DNA of 64,000 nucleotides from an uncultured Gemmatimonadales bacterium. Lineage in GTDB: Bacteria > Gemmatimonadota > Gemmatimonadetes > Longimicrobiales > RSA9. Position numbers and translations under genes: made by a program. The notes beneath the pieces were generated by a model. That model made no database searches. It was given only the letters and a program-made list of their open reading frames with translations, and had not been told where the DNA came from. The stretch spans positions 640,001-704,000 of the forward strand of contig OY970192.1 in assembly GCA_963708135.1 (NCBI GenBank). The letters are read 5' to 3'. Shown one piece after another: positions 22,601 through 36,507 of the stretch. Numbering within the stretch: the first letter of the stretch is position 1; each line of letters starts with the position of its first letter.

Positions 22601-23083
22601 TCAGCCGGTCTCCTCCGCCGCTTCCCACGTGCCGCTCCGGCCGCCTTCCTTGCGAAGCAGCCGGACCCGCTCGATCCGCATCCCGCGATCGAGCGCCTTC
22701 AGCATGTCGTACACGGTGAGGAGCGCCACGGACACCGCCACGAGCGCCTCCATCTCCACGCCTGTACGGCCCAGAACGGAGGCCCGCGCCGTCGCCCGCA
22801 CTCCGGGGAGAGTCGCGTCCGGCTCCAGGCTCACCTCGATGCTCGTCAGCGGCAGCGGGTGGCACAGCGGTATCAACTCCGACGTCCGCTTGCCAGCCTG
22901 GATCCCCGCCACCTGACCCACCAGCAGCGCGTCCCCCTTCGGGGTCCGCCCCGCCAACAGCGCCTCCAGCGTCGCGGCCGACATCACCAGCTCGCCCGCC
23001 GCCAGCGCCTTCCGATCGCTTTCCGCCTTCCCGGATACGTCCACCATCCGCGGGCGGCCGGTCTCATCCTGGTGCGTCAGCAT
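22601..23083 (-). CDS. moaC: Cyclic pyranopterin monophosphate synthase
   Basis: LTH...[39 protein letters not shown]. Confidence 0.96.
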   Translation of the reverse strand: MLTHQDETGRPRMVDVSGKAESDRKALAAGELVMSAATLEALLAGRTPKGDALLVGQVAGIQAGKRTSELIPLCHPLPLTSIEVSLEPDATLPGVRATARASVLGRTGVEMEALVAVSVALLTVYDMLKALDRGMRIERVRLLRKEGGRSGTWEAAEETG

Positions 23084-23088
23084 CTCCG

Positions 23089-24285
23089 CTAAGATAACAG
23101 CCCCGGAGATCCCCCTCCAGCGTCCCGCCCCCCTCCCACCCCCGCCAGCACCCGCCCCAGCTCCGGAAGGAGCCACGCCAACGTCAACTGCGGATTCACG
23201 TTACCGTACGCCAGCCGCCTCGCCTCCTCCACCGCCGCCAGCGCCTCGGCCGCGCCCGTGCTCGCGCCCGGCGAACGCCGTGCAAGCTTGGAAAGCCAAT
23301 CTCCTGCATCGATATTCCCCACAAGCTCCGGCGCGCCGCTGGCCACGGCAGACAGGTCGCGCAGCCAGCCGGCCAGTGCGTCGAGGACGTCGCTGAAGGC
23401 GCCGCGGGCGCCGGTCGGCCCGACGGCGTGGGCGGCGGCGAAGCGGGCCGTGGGCTGCTCGGCGGTCGCGGCCTCGAGCAGCGAGCGGGCCTGCTGCCGG
23501 ATCTCCTCGAGGGGGCCGGCCGCGCCGTCGGAGGGCAGAAAGCCGAGGGCGCGGCCGATGGAGCCGTGAGCGAGGCGGGCGGCGACGCGGGCGGCGGCGG
23601 GATCGGCGCCGCGGCGGGCGACGAGGAAGTCGGCGACGTCGCCTTCGGGGAGCGGCGTGAGGCGCATGGCGAGGACGCGGGAGCGGATGGTGGGCAGGAG
23701 GGCCTCGGGATCGGCGGCGGTGAGGATGAAGGTGGTGGCGGCGGGCGGCTCCTCGAGGAGCTTGAGGAGGGCGTTGGCGGCCTCGGGTGAAGACTCCTGG
23801 GGGACGAGGGCCTCGGCGTCGCCGACGATGAAGACCTGCAGGGACGCCATGGCGGGTCGCGATCCGGCCATGCGCCGCAGGGTCTGGACCTGGGCGAGGA
23901 AGAGGGAGGTGGGGTCGCCGGGGACGAGGGGGCGCAGCGGCTCCTCGCGGCGCGCGGCGAGCTCGGTCGCGCGGGCCTCCTCCATGGCGTCGGCGAGGCG
24001 GTCGGGGCTGCTTGCGCCGCGGGGGCGGGTGATCGGGAAGAACCAGTGGATGTCGGGGTGCTCGAGGCGGAGCGCGAGGCGGCATCCGGGGCATTCGCCG
24101 CAGGGGCCGTCGTCGCCGGGTCGCTCGCAGACGAGCAGTCTCGCGAGCCAGAGGGCGAGGCGCTGCTTGCCGATGCCGGGCGGTCCGTGGAGGAGGAGGG
24201 AGGCGGGGAGCTCGCCACGGCTGGCGGCGCGAGCGAGGGCGCGGCGCGCATCCTCGTGGCCCTGGAGCGGGGGGATCTCGTTCAC
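23089..24285 (-). CDS. holB: DNA polymerase III subunit delta-prime
   Basis: LLLHGPPGIGK, PCGECPGC, HPD, AANALLKLLEEPP, LLPTIRSR. Confidence 0.92.
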   Translation of the reverse strand: MNEIPPLQGHEDARRALARAASRGELPASLLLHGPPGIGKQRLALWLARLLVCERPGDDGPCGECPGCRLALRLEHPDIHWFFPITRPRGASSPDRLADAMEEARATELAARREEPLRPLVPGDPTSLFLAQVQTLRRMAGSRPAMASLQVFIVGDAEALVPQESSPEAANALLKLLEEPPAATTFILTAADPEALLPTIRSRVLAMRLTPLPEGDVADFLVARRGADPAAARVAARLAHGSIGRALGFLPSDGAAGPLEEIRQQARSLLEAATAEQPTARFAAAHAVGPTGARGAFSDVLDALAGWLRDLSAVASGAPELVGNIDAGDWLSKLARRSPGASTGAAEALAAVEEARRLAYGNVNPQLTLAWLLPELGRVLAGVGGGRDAGGGSPGLLS

Positions 24286-25562
24286 TGGCCGGCGTGGCTG
24301 CGGAGCCAGTCGAGCGGATCGACGGCCTCGGGGAGGTCGCCACCGATCGGGGCACGGACCTGGAACTCGATGTGCGGCCCCTCCGGGGTCTTGCCGCCTC
24401 CGACGGTGCCGACCTTCTGTCCAATCGAGACGTGCTGGCCCTCCTTCACGGCGATCGAGCCGAGATAGAGGTAGAGCGTGTAGAAGCCTCCGCCGTGGCT
24501 GATCATGACGGTCGGTCCGTAGCCCTCGAAGGGGCGGGCCATGACGACGGTGCCGGCCTCGACGGCGGCGACCGGAGCGCCGGCCAGCGCGGCGATGCCG
24601 ATGCCGTTGTTGCGCAGGATCACGCCGTTGGCGCGCCGCTCGGGACCGAAGCGATAGAGGAGGCGGCCGTCCACCGGCCAGCGCAGCGAGCCGAGCTCGC
24701 GGGTGGTGAGGCCGCCGCCGCCGCCCGGCGCGCCGGCCACGGCGGCCCTGCGCTCCTCCACCTTGCGCTTGCGCTCGATCTCGGCGAGGGCATCGGTGAG
24801 GCGGGCCTCATCGCGAACTAGCTGGTCGATGCGTCCGGCGGTCCGGCGCGCGCGCTGCTGATAGTCGTGGAGCGTGCGGCGGTGCTGGCTCTGGAGCGCC
24901 TGCAGCCTGGTGAGCTCGCCCAACTTCTCGTCGCGCAGTCGCTGGAGCTGATCGAGGCTGCCCTGCAGCTCCCGGTCCTGCTCCACGAGCTGGGTCTCGA
25001 GGCGCCGCACCTCGTCCACGAGCATGCGGTCGTTGAGGGCGATGAGGTGCAGGTACTTGTAGCGGTTGAGCAGGTCGCCGAAGCTCTCTGCGCCGAGGAG
25101 CACGCGCACCGAGTGCATCGGCCCGCGCTCGTAGATCGAGCGCAGGCGCCGGTGAAGGACGGCGTCGCGTTGCGCGAGCTGGTCGCGCGTGGCCAGCAGC
25201 CGGCGCGTCGTCGAGTCCACGCTGGCGTTCAGGGTGGCGGACTGGAAGTCCAGCTCCTCCACGACGCTGGAGGAGGTCTCGACCTGCCGCTCGATGTTGA
25301 CGAGCTCGCCGGAGACGTCGTGGACGCGCGAGCGCAGATCCTCCATCTGGCGCTGCAGCCTGGCCCGCTCGGCCCGGATCTGCTCGAGCCGCTCCTGGCT
25401 GTCGCGCAACTCCTTCTTCAGGTCCTGGGCGCGTACCGTTCCGGCGCCGACGAGCAGCATGCCCCAGGCGACGATGGCCGCCGCCGCGCGCGCCGCGCGC
25501 GGCCCCCGTCGGCTCGCGCTGCCCTGGCCCGGGCCCCGCACAAGCGGACCGATCCGGCCCAC
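24282..25562 (-). CDS. envC: EnvC-like murein hydrolase activator (coiled coil + degenerate M23)
   Basis: Long coiled coil; LRWPVDG, NNGIGI, GYGPTVMISHG, HIEFQVR; Zn ligands degenerate; follows ftsX; start inferred. Confidence 0.85.
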   Translation of the reverse strand: MGRIGPLVRGPGQGSASRRGPRAARAAAAIVAWGMLLVGAGTVRAQDLKKELRDSQERLEQIRAERARLQRQMEDLRSRVHDVSGELVNIERQVETSSSVVEELDFQSATLNASVDSTTRRLLATRDQLAQRDAVLHRRLRSIYERGPMHSVRVLLGAESFGDLLNRYKYLHLIALNDRMLVDEVRRLETQLVEQDRELQGSLDQLQRLRDEKLGELTRLQALQSQHRRTLHDYQQRARRTAGRIDQLVRDEARLTDALAEIERKRKVEERRAAVAGAPGGGGGLTTRELGSLRWPVDGRLLYRFGPERRANGVILRNNGIGIAALAGAPVAAVEAGTVVMARPFEGYGPTVMISHGGGFYTLYLYLGSIAVKEGQHVSIGQKVGTVGGGKTPEGPHIEFQVRAPIGGDLPEAVDPLDWLRSHAGQ

Positions 25563-26419
25563 TAGACCTCCCGCAGGTGCCGCCGGACGGCCAGCGCGCT
25601 GGCGGCGACGCCCATGAGGGCGCCGAGGACGACGCCCGCGGCGATCCAGGGCGCCGGGATCCAGTCCAGCTGAACGACCGAGCCGGAGAGCACGCGGAAA
25701 AGCCCGTAGGTGACGAGGATCGCGAGGACGGCGCCGAGCAGCCCGGTCATGAGGCCTTCGAGCAGGAACGGCCGGCGGACGAAGGCGTCGGTGGCGCCGA
25801 CCAGACGCATGATGGCGATCTCGTCGCGGCGGGCGAAGATGGCGAGGCGGATCGCGGCGCCGATGATGAGCGCGGCCACGAGGGCGAAGGCGCCGCCCAT
25901 GACGAGGGTGGCGGCGCCGGCCACGCGGCGGAGCAAGAAGACCTTGTCGAGCCACTCGGAGCCGAAGCGGACCTCCTCGACGAAGGGGTAGGAGCCGATG
26001 CGGTCGGCGACGGCCCGCACGGCTTCGGGACCGCGCATGCCGGGCTTGAGGTGCACCTCGAAGGAGGCGGGCAGGGGGTTGGTATCGAGGTCGGAGAAGA
26101 CGGAGCGGAACTCGGTGAGGTCGCGTCGGGCGATCTCGAGGGCCTCATCGCGGGAGACGTAGTAGACGCGCAGGACCTCGGGGTAGGCGGCGATCTCCTT
26201 GCGCGCGAGCTCGACGGCCTGGGGCGAAGCGTCGTCCTTGAGGTAGGCCACGACCTCGACCCGCGCCTCGACGCGGTCGAGCGCCTGCCGGATGTTGTAG
26301 GCGGTCGTGCCGAAGATGCCCACCACGACCAGCGAGAGGGCGATCATGGCGGCGGACAGCCCGGTCAGCGCGGGCGCGCGACGGAACGCGGCAAGGGCTT
26401 CTCGGATGGCGTAGGGCAT
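25562..26419 (-). CDS. ftsX: Cell division permease FtsX
   Basis: NPLPASF, IRLAIFARRDEIAIMRLVGAT..FVRRPFLLEG; 4 TMs. Confidence 0.94.
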   Translation of the reverse strand: MPYAIREALAAFRRAPALTGLSAAMIALSLVVVGIFGTTAYNIRQALDRVEARVEVVAYLKDDASPQAVELARKEIAAYPEVLRVYYVSRDEALEIARRDLTEFRSVFSDLDTNPLPASFEVHLKPGMRGPEAVRAVADRIGSYPFVEEVRFGSEWLDKVFLLRRVAGAATLVMGGAFALVAALIIGAAIRLAIFARRDEIAIMRLVGATDAFVRRPFLLEGLMTGLLGAVLAILVTYGLFRVLSGSVVQLDWIPAPWIAAGVVLGALMGVAASALAVRRHLREV

Positions 26420-26424
26420 GGCCA

Positions 26425-27108
26425 CTAGCGCAGGGCGGGATCCGCCGCTGAATCGTAGACGAGGCTGCCATGGTCGAGCTCGAGCACCCGGTAGCGGGGG
26501 TTGCGGCGCACCAGCTCGAGGTCGTGGGTGGCGAGCAGCACGGCCGTGCCGGCCGCGTTGATCGAGCGGAACAGCTCGAAGATACCGAACGTCGCCCGCT
26601 CGTCCAGGTTGCCCGTGGGCTCGTCCGCGAGCAGGACCAGCGGATCGTGGGCGAGGGCGCGGGCCACGACCACGCGCTGCTGCTCGCCGCCGGAAAGCTC
26701 GCCGGGGAGCGCCTCGGCCTTGGCGGCGAGGCCGACATGGGAGAGCAGTCGGCCGACCTTTGCGCGGATGACGGCCCGGCGGGCACCGGTGACCTCGAGC
26801 GCGAAGGCCACGTTCTCGGCGGCCGTGCGGTCGCGCAGCAGGCGGAAATCCTGGAAGACGTAGCCGATCTTGCGACGCAGCAGCGCGACGTCGCGCTGCT
26901 TCGTCCTCCCGCCGGCGTAGCCGCTCACCCGCACCTCGCCGCGGGTGGGCGCCTCGGCCATGTGAATGAGGCGCAGGACGGTGGACTTGCCGGCGCCGCT
27001 GTGGCCGGTCAGGAAGCAGAACTCGGCCTTGCGCAGCTCGAACGAGAGGTCGTTCAGCGCGAGGCCGCTACGCGGGTATTCCTTGAAGACGTGAGTGAAG
27101 CGGATCAT
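26425..27108 (-). CDS. ftsE: Cell division ATP-binding protein FtsE
   Basis: GHSGAGKST, VFQDFRLL, LSGGEQQR, LLADEPTGNLD. Confidence 0.95.
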   Translation of the reverse strand: MIRFTHVFKEYPRSGLALNDLSFELRKAEFCFLTGHSGAGKSTVLRLIHMAEAPTRGEVRVSGYAGGRTKQRDVALLRRKIGYVFQDFRLLRDRTAAENVAFALEVTGARRAVIRAKVGRLLSHVGLAAKAEALPGELSGGEQQRVVVARALAHDPLVLLADEPTGNLDERATFGIFELFRSINAAGTAVLLATHDLELVRRNPRYRVLELDHGSLVYDSAADPALR

Positions 27109-28067
27109 GTCGCCGCGTGCAGGGCCGCCCGGCGCCGCGCCGCGAGCCGCGCGGCCAGGCGGACAGCCTCGATCATGGAGCCGGGATCCGCCACGCCGCG
27201 ACCCGCGATGTCCAGGGCGGTCCCGTGGTCGGGCGAGGTGCGGGTGAAGGGCAGGCCGAGGGTTACGTTGATGCCGCTGCCGAAGGCGGCCGTCTTGAAG
27301 GCGGCCATACCGACGTCGTGGTACGGGGCGATGACTGCGTCGAACTCGCCGCGCAGCGCGCGCACGAACACGGTGTCGGCGGGGATCGGGCCGGTGGCAT
27401 CGAGGCCCTCTGCGCGCAGGCGCTCGATCGCGGGCGCGAGGATGCGCGCCTCCTCGTCGCCGAACAGACCGCCGTCCGAGGCGTGCGGGTTCACCGCGCA
27501 GAGCGCGAGGCGGGGCCGCTCGAAGCCCCACCCGTCGCGAAGTCCCGCCGCGGTGAGGCGCGCCTGCTCGACGAACCGCTCCACGGTGAGGACCGCCGGC
27601 ACGTCCGCCAGGGGCAGGTGCGTCGTGGCGAGCACGACGCGCAAGGGACCGCCCAGCGAGGTGTGCTCCGCATCCATGAGCATGACCACGGCGCCGACAC
27701 CCGCCAGCGAGGCGAGCATCTCGGTGTGGCCGGGGAAGTGGTAGCCGCCGGCGTCCAGCGCGCTCTTGTCGATCGGCGCGGTGACCAGGCCATCGACCTC
27801 GCCGGCGAGCGCCATGCCGGCGCCGCGCTCGATGGCGCCGCCCGCCAGGGTTCCGGCGCGGGCGGCTCCTTCTCCCGGCCGCCAGATGCCGGTGGGCACG
27901 AACTCGTCGGCCGCGTCCTCGGCGCCAGTTCCCTCGGGGCCGACGAAGACGAGGGTGAGGCCCTCGCCGCGGAGCGCGCGCGCGGCGGCGGCGGCAACCT
28001 CGGGGCCGATGCCGCGGGGATCGCCGAGGGTGACCGCCAGCCGGACGGTGTCGCGGGATGAGCTCAT
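27105..28067 (-). CDS. pdxA: 4-hydroxythreonine-4-phosphate dehydrogenase
   Basis: GDPRGIGPE, TAPIDK, FPGHTE, NPHA, YHD, NVTLGLPFTRTSPDHGTA. Confidence 0.95.
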   Translation of the reverse strand: MSSSRDTVRLAVTLGDPRGIGPEVAAAAARALRGEGLTLVFVGPEGTGAEDAADEFVPTGIWRPGEGAARAGTLAGGAIERGAGMALAGEVDGLVTAPIDKSALDAGGYHFPGHTEMLASLAGVGAVVMLMDAEHTSLGGPLRVVLATTHLPLADVPAVLTVERFVEQARLTAAGLRDGWGFERPRLALCAVNPHASDGGLFGDEEARILAPAIERLRAEGLDATGPIPADTVFVRALRGEFDAVIAPYHDVGMAAFKTAAFGSGINVTLGLPFTRTSPDHGTALDIAGRGVADPGSMIEAVRLAARLAARRRAALHAAT

Positions 28068-28077
28068 GGCGCGGCGA

Positions 28078-29400
28078 TCAGGAGCGGATGTCCACGTACA
28101 TCTTGTCCTTCAGCTCCGCGACCAGCTCATCGAGGAGCTTCTGGCGGGCGACCTGCTCCCGGACGGTGGCGTGGACGGTCGGGTCGTCGAGGGTGTACTG
28201 CCCCGCGGGAGTGGACTCGGTGACCTTCACGACCGCGTACTTGGTCGGCTGCCCCTGCGTGACGAGGCGGATCGGCCCGATCACCTGTCCGGCGTTCGCG
28301 TCGGCGAGCGCGGTGCTGTAGGCGGCCGGCAGCTGGTCGCGGGGGAACGGCCCGACCTTCGTCTGCTCCTCCGTCGGATCGCTGTAGGTCGCGATGAGCG
28401 AGTCCATGTCCTCGCCTCGCTGCATGAGGAGCTTGACGGAATCCGCGAGCACCACCGCCCGGGTGGTGTCGGCATCCGTGATCTCGGGTCGGATCAGGAT
28501 GTGGCGCGCCTCGCGCTCCCCACCCTTGATCTTCTCGAGCTTGATGATGTGCAGGCCGAATGGGCTCCTGACGATGCCGCTGACCTCGCCGGGCCGGAGC
28601 GAGTACGCGGCGTCCTCGAACGCCTTGACCATCTGGCCGCGCCGGAACCAGCCGAGATCGCCGCCCTTTTCCTTCGTTCCCGGATCCTGGGAGTAACGCT
28701 TGGCCAGCGTGGCGAAGTCCTCGCCCGCGTGGACCTTCTGCAGGATCTCCTCGGCCTGCGCGCGTGCTGCCGCCATGGCGGAATCGCTCGGCTGCGGCGC
28801 GATCACGACCTGCTCGAAGCTGATGGTGGCAGGGCGCTGGCCCAGGCGGCCCTTCTGCTCATCGAAGAAGGCCTTCATCTCCTCTTCGGTGACGGCCGGC
28901 TTGCGGTTCTGTTCGACCTTGCTGAGGTAGCGCTGGATGAGCGCCGTCTTGCGCATGTCGGCCGCGATCATCTCGCGGTAGCCGTTGAGGGTGAGGCCCT
29001 GGGCGTGGAGCGCGGCCTCGAACGCCGCCGCGCTGGGGAACTGCTTCTGGCGCGCCGAGATCTCCTGCTGCACCTGGTCCTTGATCTGGTCCTCGGGCGG
29101 GGTGATCGTCGTGTCCTCGAGCGCGGCCTGGACGAGCAGCAGCTCGCTCACGTGGGACTTCACGATCTGGTCGCGCAGCCGGGCGGAGTCGTCCGCGGTC
29201 TGCGGTGCCGGCTGCCCGGTGGCGACCAGCTGCGCCATGTCCTCCTGCACGTCCAGATCCGTGATCACGCTGTCGCCCACCACCGCGACAATGCGCTCGA
29301 CCAGCTCCCGGTCCGGCGGCGCCGGCTTCTGCGCGAGGAGCGGCGCGGCGCCGGCCGCCAGGGCGGCGAGAACGAGAATCGGGGCTAGAGAGCGGTTCAT
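28078..29400 (-). CDS. surA: SurA-like periplasmic chaperone/parvulin PPIase
   Basis: Signal peptide; RIVAVVG; FATLAKRYSQD...GGDLGWF...FGLHIIK; surA-pdxA synteny. Confidence 0.85.
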   Translation of the reverse strand: MNRSLAPILVLAALAAGAAPLLAQKPAPPDRELVERIVAVVGDSVITDLDVQEDMAQLVATGQPAPQTADDSARLRDQIVKSHVSELLLVQAALEDTTITPPEDQIKDQVQQEISARQKQFPSAAAFEAALHAQGLTLNGYREMIAADMRKTALIQRYLSKVEQNRKPAVTEEEMKAFFDEQKGRLGQRPATISFEQVVIAPQPSDSAMAAARAQAEEILQKVHAGEDFATLAKRYSQDPGTKEKGGDLGWFRRGQMVKAFEDAAYSLRPGEVSGIVRSPFGLHIIKLEKIKGGEREARHILIRPEITDADTTRAVVLADSVKLLMQRGEDMDSLIATYSDPTEEQTKVGPFPRDQLPAAYSTALADANAGQVIGPIRLVTQGQPTKYAVVKVTESTPAGQYTLDDPTVHATVREQVARQKLLDELVAELKDKMYVDIRS

Positions 29401-29420
29401 TCTGCCTGCGTTCCGCCTGT

Positions 29421-29456
29421 AGAAAAGGGGTGGGGCCGGCGCACCGCGCCGGCCCC
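29421..29456 (-). terminator. GC hairpin with short U tract between the two PPIase genes
   Basis: GGGGCCGGCGC / 3-nt loop / GCGCCGGCCCC (29432-29456), then ACCCCTTTTCT on minus strand. Confidence 0.5.
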
Positions 29457-29507
29457 GTTCTCATACCTGCGCCGCCCCGGCGTGTTCCGGGTCAACCGCG
29501 TGTGGCA

Positions 29508-30983
29508 TCAGTGCTTTGTCGTGTCCGGCGCGGGCTTCGGCGCGGGCGCCTGCGGGCTCGGCGCCGGCGGCTGTCCGGCGGGCGCCGCGCCGGGCTGCCC
29601 CGGCGTCTCGGCGGGCCGGCTGGCCTCGACCTTGGAGACCACGGCCTGAACGGAGCGGTCGTACACCTCCGCGCCGTACTGCTCGCGCAGCGCGTAGGCG
29701 ACGGGGCCGAGCGGGATCACGTTCTGCTTGCCCTCGACGATCTCCGTGACCAGTCCCATGACCTTGCGCTCGAGCGCCTGCGGCTGCGTCTCGCCCTGCT
29801 GCGGCTTGATGTCGTCCAGTCCGGCGGACTTCACCACCTGCGCGAGCTGCTTGTGCGCCAGCGCGGCCAGCGAGTCGCGCTCCTGTTGCGTGGGCTTGAA
29901 GCCCTGCCGCGCGGCCTCGTCCACGAGGATCTTGTTGCGCGTCAGCCCCTCCAGCACGTTCTTCAGCTGGTCGTCCGTGGCCGAGCCGAACTGCGCCCGC
30001 CGGTTCGGCGGCAGCGCGCGCATGAGATCCATGATCTCCCCCGCCGTGAGCGCGCCGCCCTTGTAGGTGACGAGGTCGCGAGAAGCGGCGCGCCCGCTCA
30101 GCTTCATCTCCGGCTGCTTGGCCAGGTCGCGTACGACCGCGTAGGCGCCGTCCTGGACCGCGATGCCGAGCGGCTCCGTCAGCGACTTCACGTAGTCCTG
30201 CTCGGCCTTCTGCGAGCTGGTCTCGACCTGCTGCCGGCGGAACTCCTCCTTCTGCTGATCGAAGGGCGGGAGCTTCTTCTCCTCGACCTTGATGATGTGC
30301 AGCCCGAAGGGGGTCTCCACCACGTCACTGATCTCGCCCGGCTGCAGCTTGAAGGCCGCCTCCTCGAACGGCGCCACCATCTGCCCGCGGCTGAAGAAGC
30401 CGAGCTCGCCGCCCTTGTCCTTGCTGCCCGGATCCTCGCTGTACTTCTCGGCCAGCTTGCCGAAGTCCTCGCCGGCGACGGCGCGCGCCCGCACGCTCTT
30501 GGCGAGCTGCATGACGCTGTCGCGCTGCTCCGGCGTGGCGTCCGGCGGGATCCGGAACAGGATGTGACGTGCCTTGATCTCCAGGCTCGGCTGCTCCGTC
30601 TCGTAGAGATGCTTCAGCTGTGCGTCCGTGAAGCTCGTGTCCACGTGGATCACCTTGTCGCGCAGCTTCAGGACGACCTCCTGCTCGAGCGCCGGCTTGA
30701 CCAGCGGCGCCACATTCACCGACTGGAGCGTCGAGTCCTTCTGCGCCGCCGTCGCCAGCAGCGTGTAGTCGACCCAGAGGTTCGCCACCGCATCGACAAC
30801 CTGCGCCTGCGCCGGCAGGCGCGGGTTGCGCGCCATGAGCCCGGCCGTCTGGTCCACGCTCAGCTCGTGTCCGGCCGCGCGCGCCACCACGTTGGTGTGC
30901 GCCGTCATGGCCTGCCCGAAGCTGTCGCACGCCGGAACCATCAGCGCGCACAGGAGGGCCAGGTATGGAAGGTAACGCCTCAT
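29508..30983 (-). CDS. Parvulin (PpiC/PrsA-type) PPIase, probable lipoprotein
   Basis: Signal ending VPAC; ARHIL, FGKLAEKYSED, GGELGFF, FGLHIIK; AAGGAG RBS. Confidence 0.9.
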   Translation of the reverse strand: MRRYLPYLALLCALMVPACDSFGQAMTAHTNVVARAAGHELSVDQTAGLMARNPRLPAQAQVVDAVANLWVDYTLLATAAQKDSTLQSVNVAPLVKPALEQEVVLKLRDKVIHVDTSFTDAQLKHLYETEQPSLEIKARHILFRIPPDATPEQRDSVMQLAKSVRARAVAGEDFGKLAEKYSEDPGSKDKGGELGFFSRGQMVAPFEEAAFKLQPGEISDVVETPFGLHIIKVEEKKLPPFDQQKEEFRRQQVETSSQKAEQDYVKSLTEPLGIAVQDGAYAVVRDLAKQPEMKLSGRAASRDLVTYKGGALTAGEIMDLMRALPPNRRAQFGSATDDQLKNVLEGLTRNKILVDEAARQGFKPTQQERDSLAALAHKQLAQVVKSAGLDDIKPQQGETQPQALERKVMGLVTEIVEGKQNVIPLGPVAYALREQYGAEVYDRSVQAVVSKVEASRPAETPGQPGAAPAGQPPAPSPQAPAPKPAPDTTKH

Positions 30984-31093
30984 CGTCTCTCCTTGACGGG
31001 CCTGCTGAACTGTAGGGGTGAGATCGGGCCACGATGCAGCCGGACCAACCTAGCGGAGAAGCGTACCCTGCGCCAGACAGCAGGATCCGCTGG

Positions 31094-34560
<3,467 letters not shown>

Positions 34561-34561
<1 letters not shown>

Positions 34562-36507
34562 CAGGCGCTCCCGCGGGCCGCCGCCGGCGCGGCGGTGCCG
34601 ACCGCGGCCCGGCGGCCGCTGGCGGCGACCCAGCCCTCGATGAGCAGCAGCAGGAGCAGGAGGGCCGCGAGCGGCCACCAGGTCTCGCGGCCGAGCCGGG
34701 CGCGGTAGATCGAGGCGCGCCAGGCGGCGGCGTCGTCGGCGGTGCGGATCGTCCAGCCCGGCAGCGCGTCGTCCACGCGCCCCGGCGGGAGCCGCGTCAG
34801 GTCGGACTCGGAAGGCGGCGGGTTGACGGCGAACGCACCCACCGCGCCGCCGTTCGACAGGATCCGGTAGATCCCCGCCAGCGGCGGCGCGGCGTACACC
34901 TCGCCGGGCTGCACGGCGTCGTGCGTGCCGTCGGGTCGCTCCACGGCATCCGCGGCGTCGGGGAGGGGGACGCGCTCCCCGGGCAGGAGCGCCACGGCGC
35001 CGCCACGCGCGGAGGCCCACAGCCCGGTCAGGTGGTCGAGCAGGGGCAGCATGGCCGAGCTGGTGGGGAGTGTGCTCGCCTCGGGATTGAAGGTCGAGGC
35101 GACGAGGATGTAGCGGCCGCCGCCGGGGCGGGCGCCGCGGACCGCCCAGGTGGCGCCATCGGCCAGGCGCAGCAGCACGGTGTCGCCGGAGGCGGGGCCC
35201 TCGTGCCGCAGGCCGTAGACCTGCTGGAGCCGGGCGTCGGAGAGCGCCCGGGACAGCTCGCCGCTGTCCGGCGACGGGGCGAAGCGGGCCTCGCCCGTCA
35301 GGGTCGGCGGATCGTAGCGCCACGGGATGCCCGCCGTGGCGAGGCGTCCGTTCAGCGCCGGCAGCTCCGTCGGCGCGGTGGGCGGCAGCACGACGACCGT
35401 CCCGCCGGAGGCGCCGCTCTCGATGCCCGCGCCGCCGGGGGCGATCAGGACGTCGGCGGCGCCTGAAGCGGCGCGATGGATCCGGCCGGCGTCCGCGAGC
35501 ACGGCGAGCGCGGCGTCGACGAAGGGGAGCGAGCCGGCCAGCGCCACCGCCGGCGGCGGCTCGACCCGGACGGCGAAGTAGCGGCGGTCGTCGGCGTGGA
35601 GCGCGTCGGCGTCGATCTCGATCCAGCCGGCCGCCAGCCCCGAATCGCGGGCCGGGAAGGGCAGCACGACGGACGCGCCGGCGGGCGCGATCGCCGCGCC
35701 CTGTACGCGTCCGTCGAGCACCAGCCGGACGCCGACGGAGTCCTTCCGCGTCCCCGTCACGGCGGCGCTGGCGGTGGAGCGCTGTCCGGCGCGCGGCGGC
35801 AGCCCGCCGCCGACCTCCGCATCGGCCACAGCGTCGTTCGGCGGGACCCGGCTGTCGCCCACCCAGAGCACGAGCGGCGGCGCGTCCTTCCCGGCGGGGA
35901 GCGGCGCCCCGAAGCCGGAGGCCTGCAGATCCGACAGCACCTCGATCTCCGGGGCGCGGTGGTCCGCACCGGCGGCGAGGAGCGTGCGGGCGCGGGCGAT
36001 CGCGGCCGGCAGATCGGCGGCGCCGGCCGTGGGCGCGGTGGCGCGGATGCGCGCGGCGGTCGCGGGCGCGTCGCCGGGGATCGCCGGCTCATCGGGCGCG
36101 CCCGCGCGTATCAGCCAGAAGCGGTCGTCCGGCCCGGCGGCGGCCACGGTCTGGAGCGCGCGGGCCTGGAGCACGTCCAGCACGCGGCGATCGCCCTCGA
36201 TGGCGGCGCTGCTCATCGAGTTGTCCAGCACGATGGCCACGGCCGTCGGCTCGTGACCGCTGCCGCCGATCGGCAGGAACGGCCGCGCGGCGGCGAGGGC
36301 GATGAGCAGGATCACGGCAAGGCGGAGCGCGAGCAGCAGCATCTGGCGCAGGCGGACGCGGCGCGCGCTCTCCCTCTCGGCGCGCCGCAGGTAGCGGACG
36401 GCGGGGAAGACCACGCGCGGTCCCTGGTGGCGCTGGAACAGGTGCAGGACCAGGGGAACGGCGACGGCGAGCCCGAGGAGCAGGAGCGCGGGGGAGAGGA
36501 AGCCCAT
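34561..36507 (-). CDS. BatA-N + VWA domain membrane protein
   Basis: MGFLSP...PLVLHL; LLLALRL...AARP; MIDAS VLDNSMSS; LSDLQ; C-terminal TM. Confidence 0.88.

Noticed and set aside
34562..35323. N-terminal extension of mfd in the ORF track
   Set aside because: Overlaps the BatA gene; TGATG coupling at 34561 marks the real start
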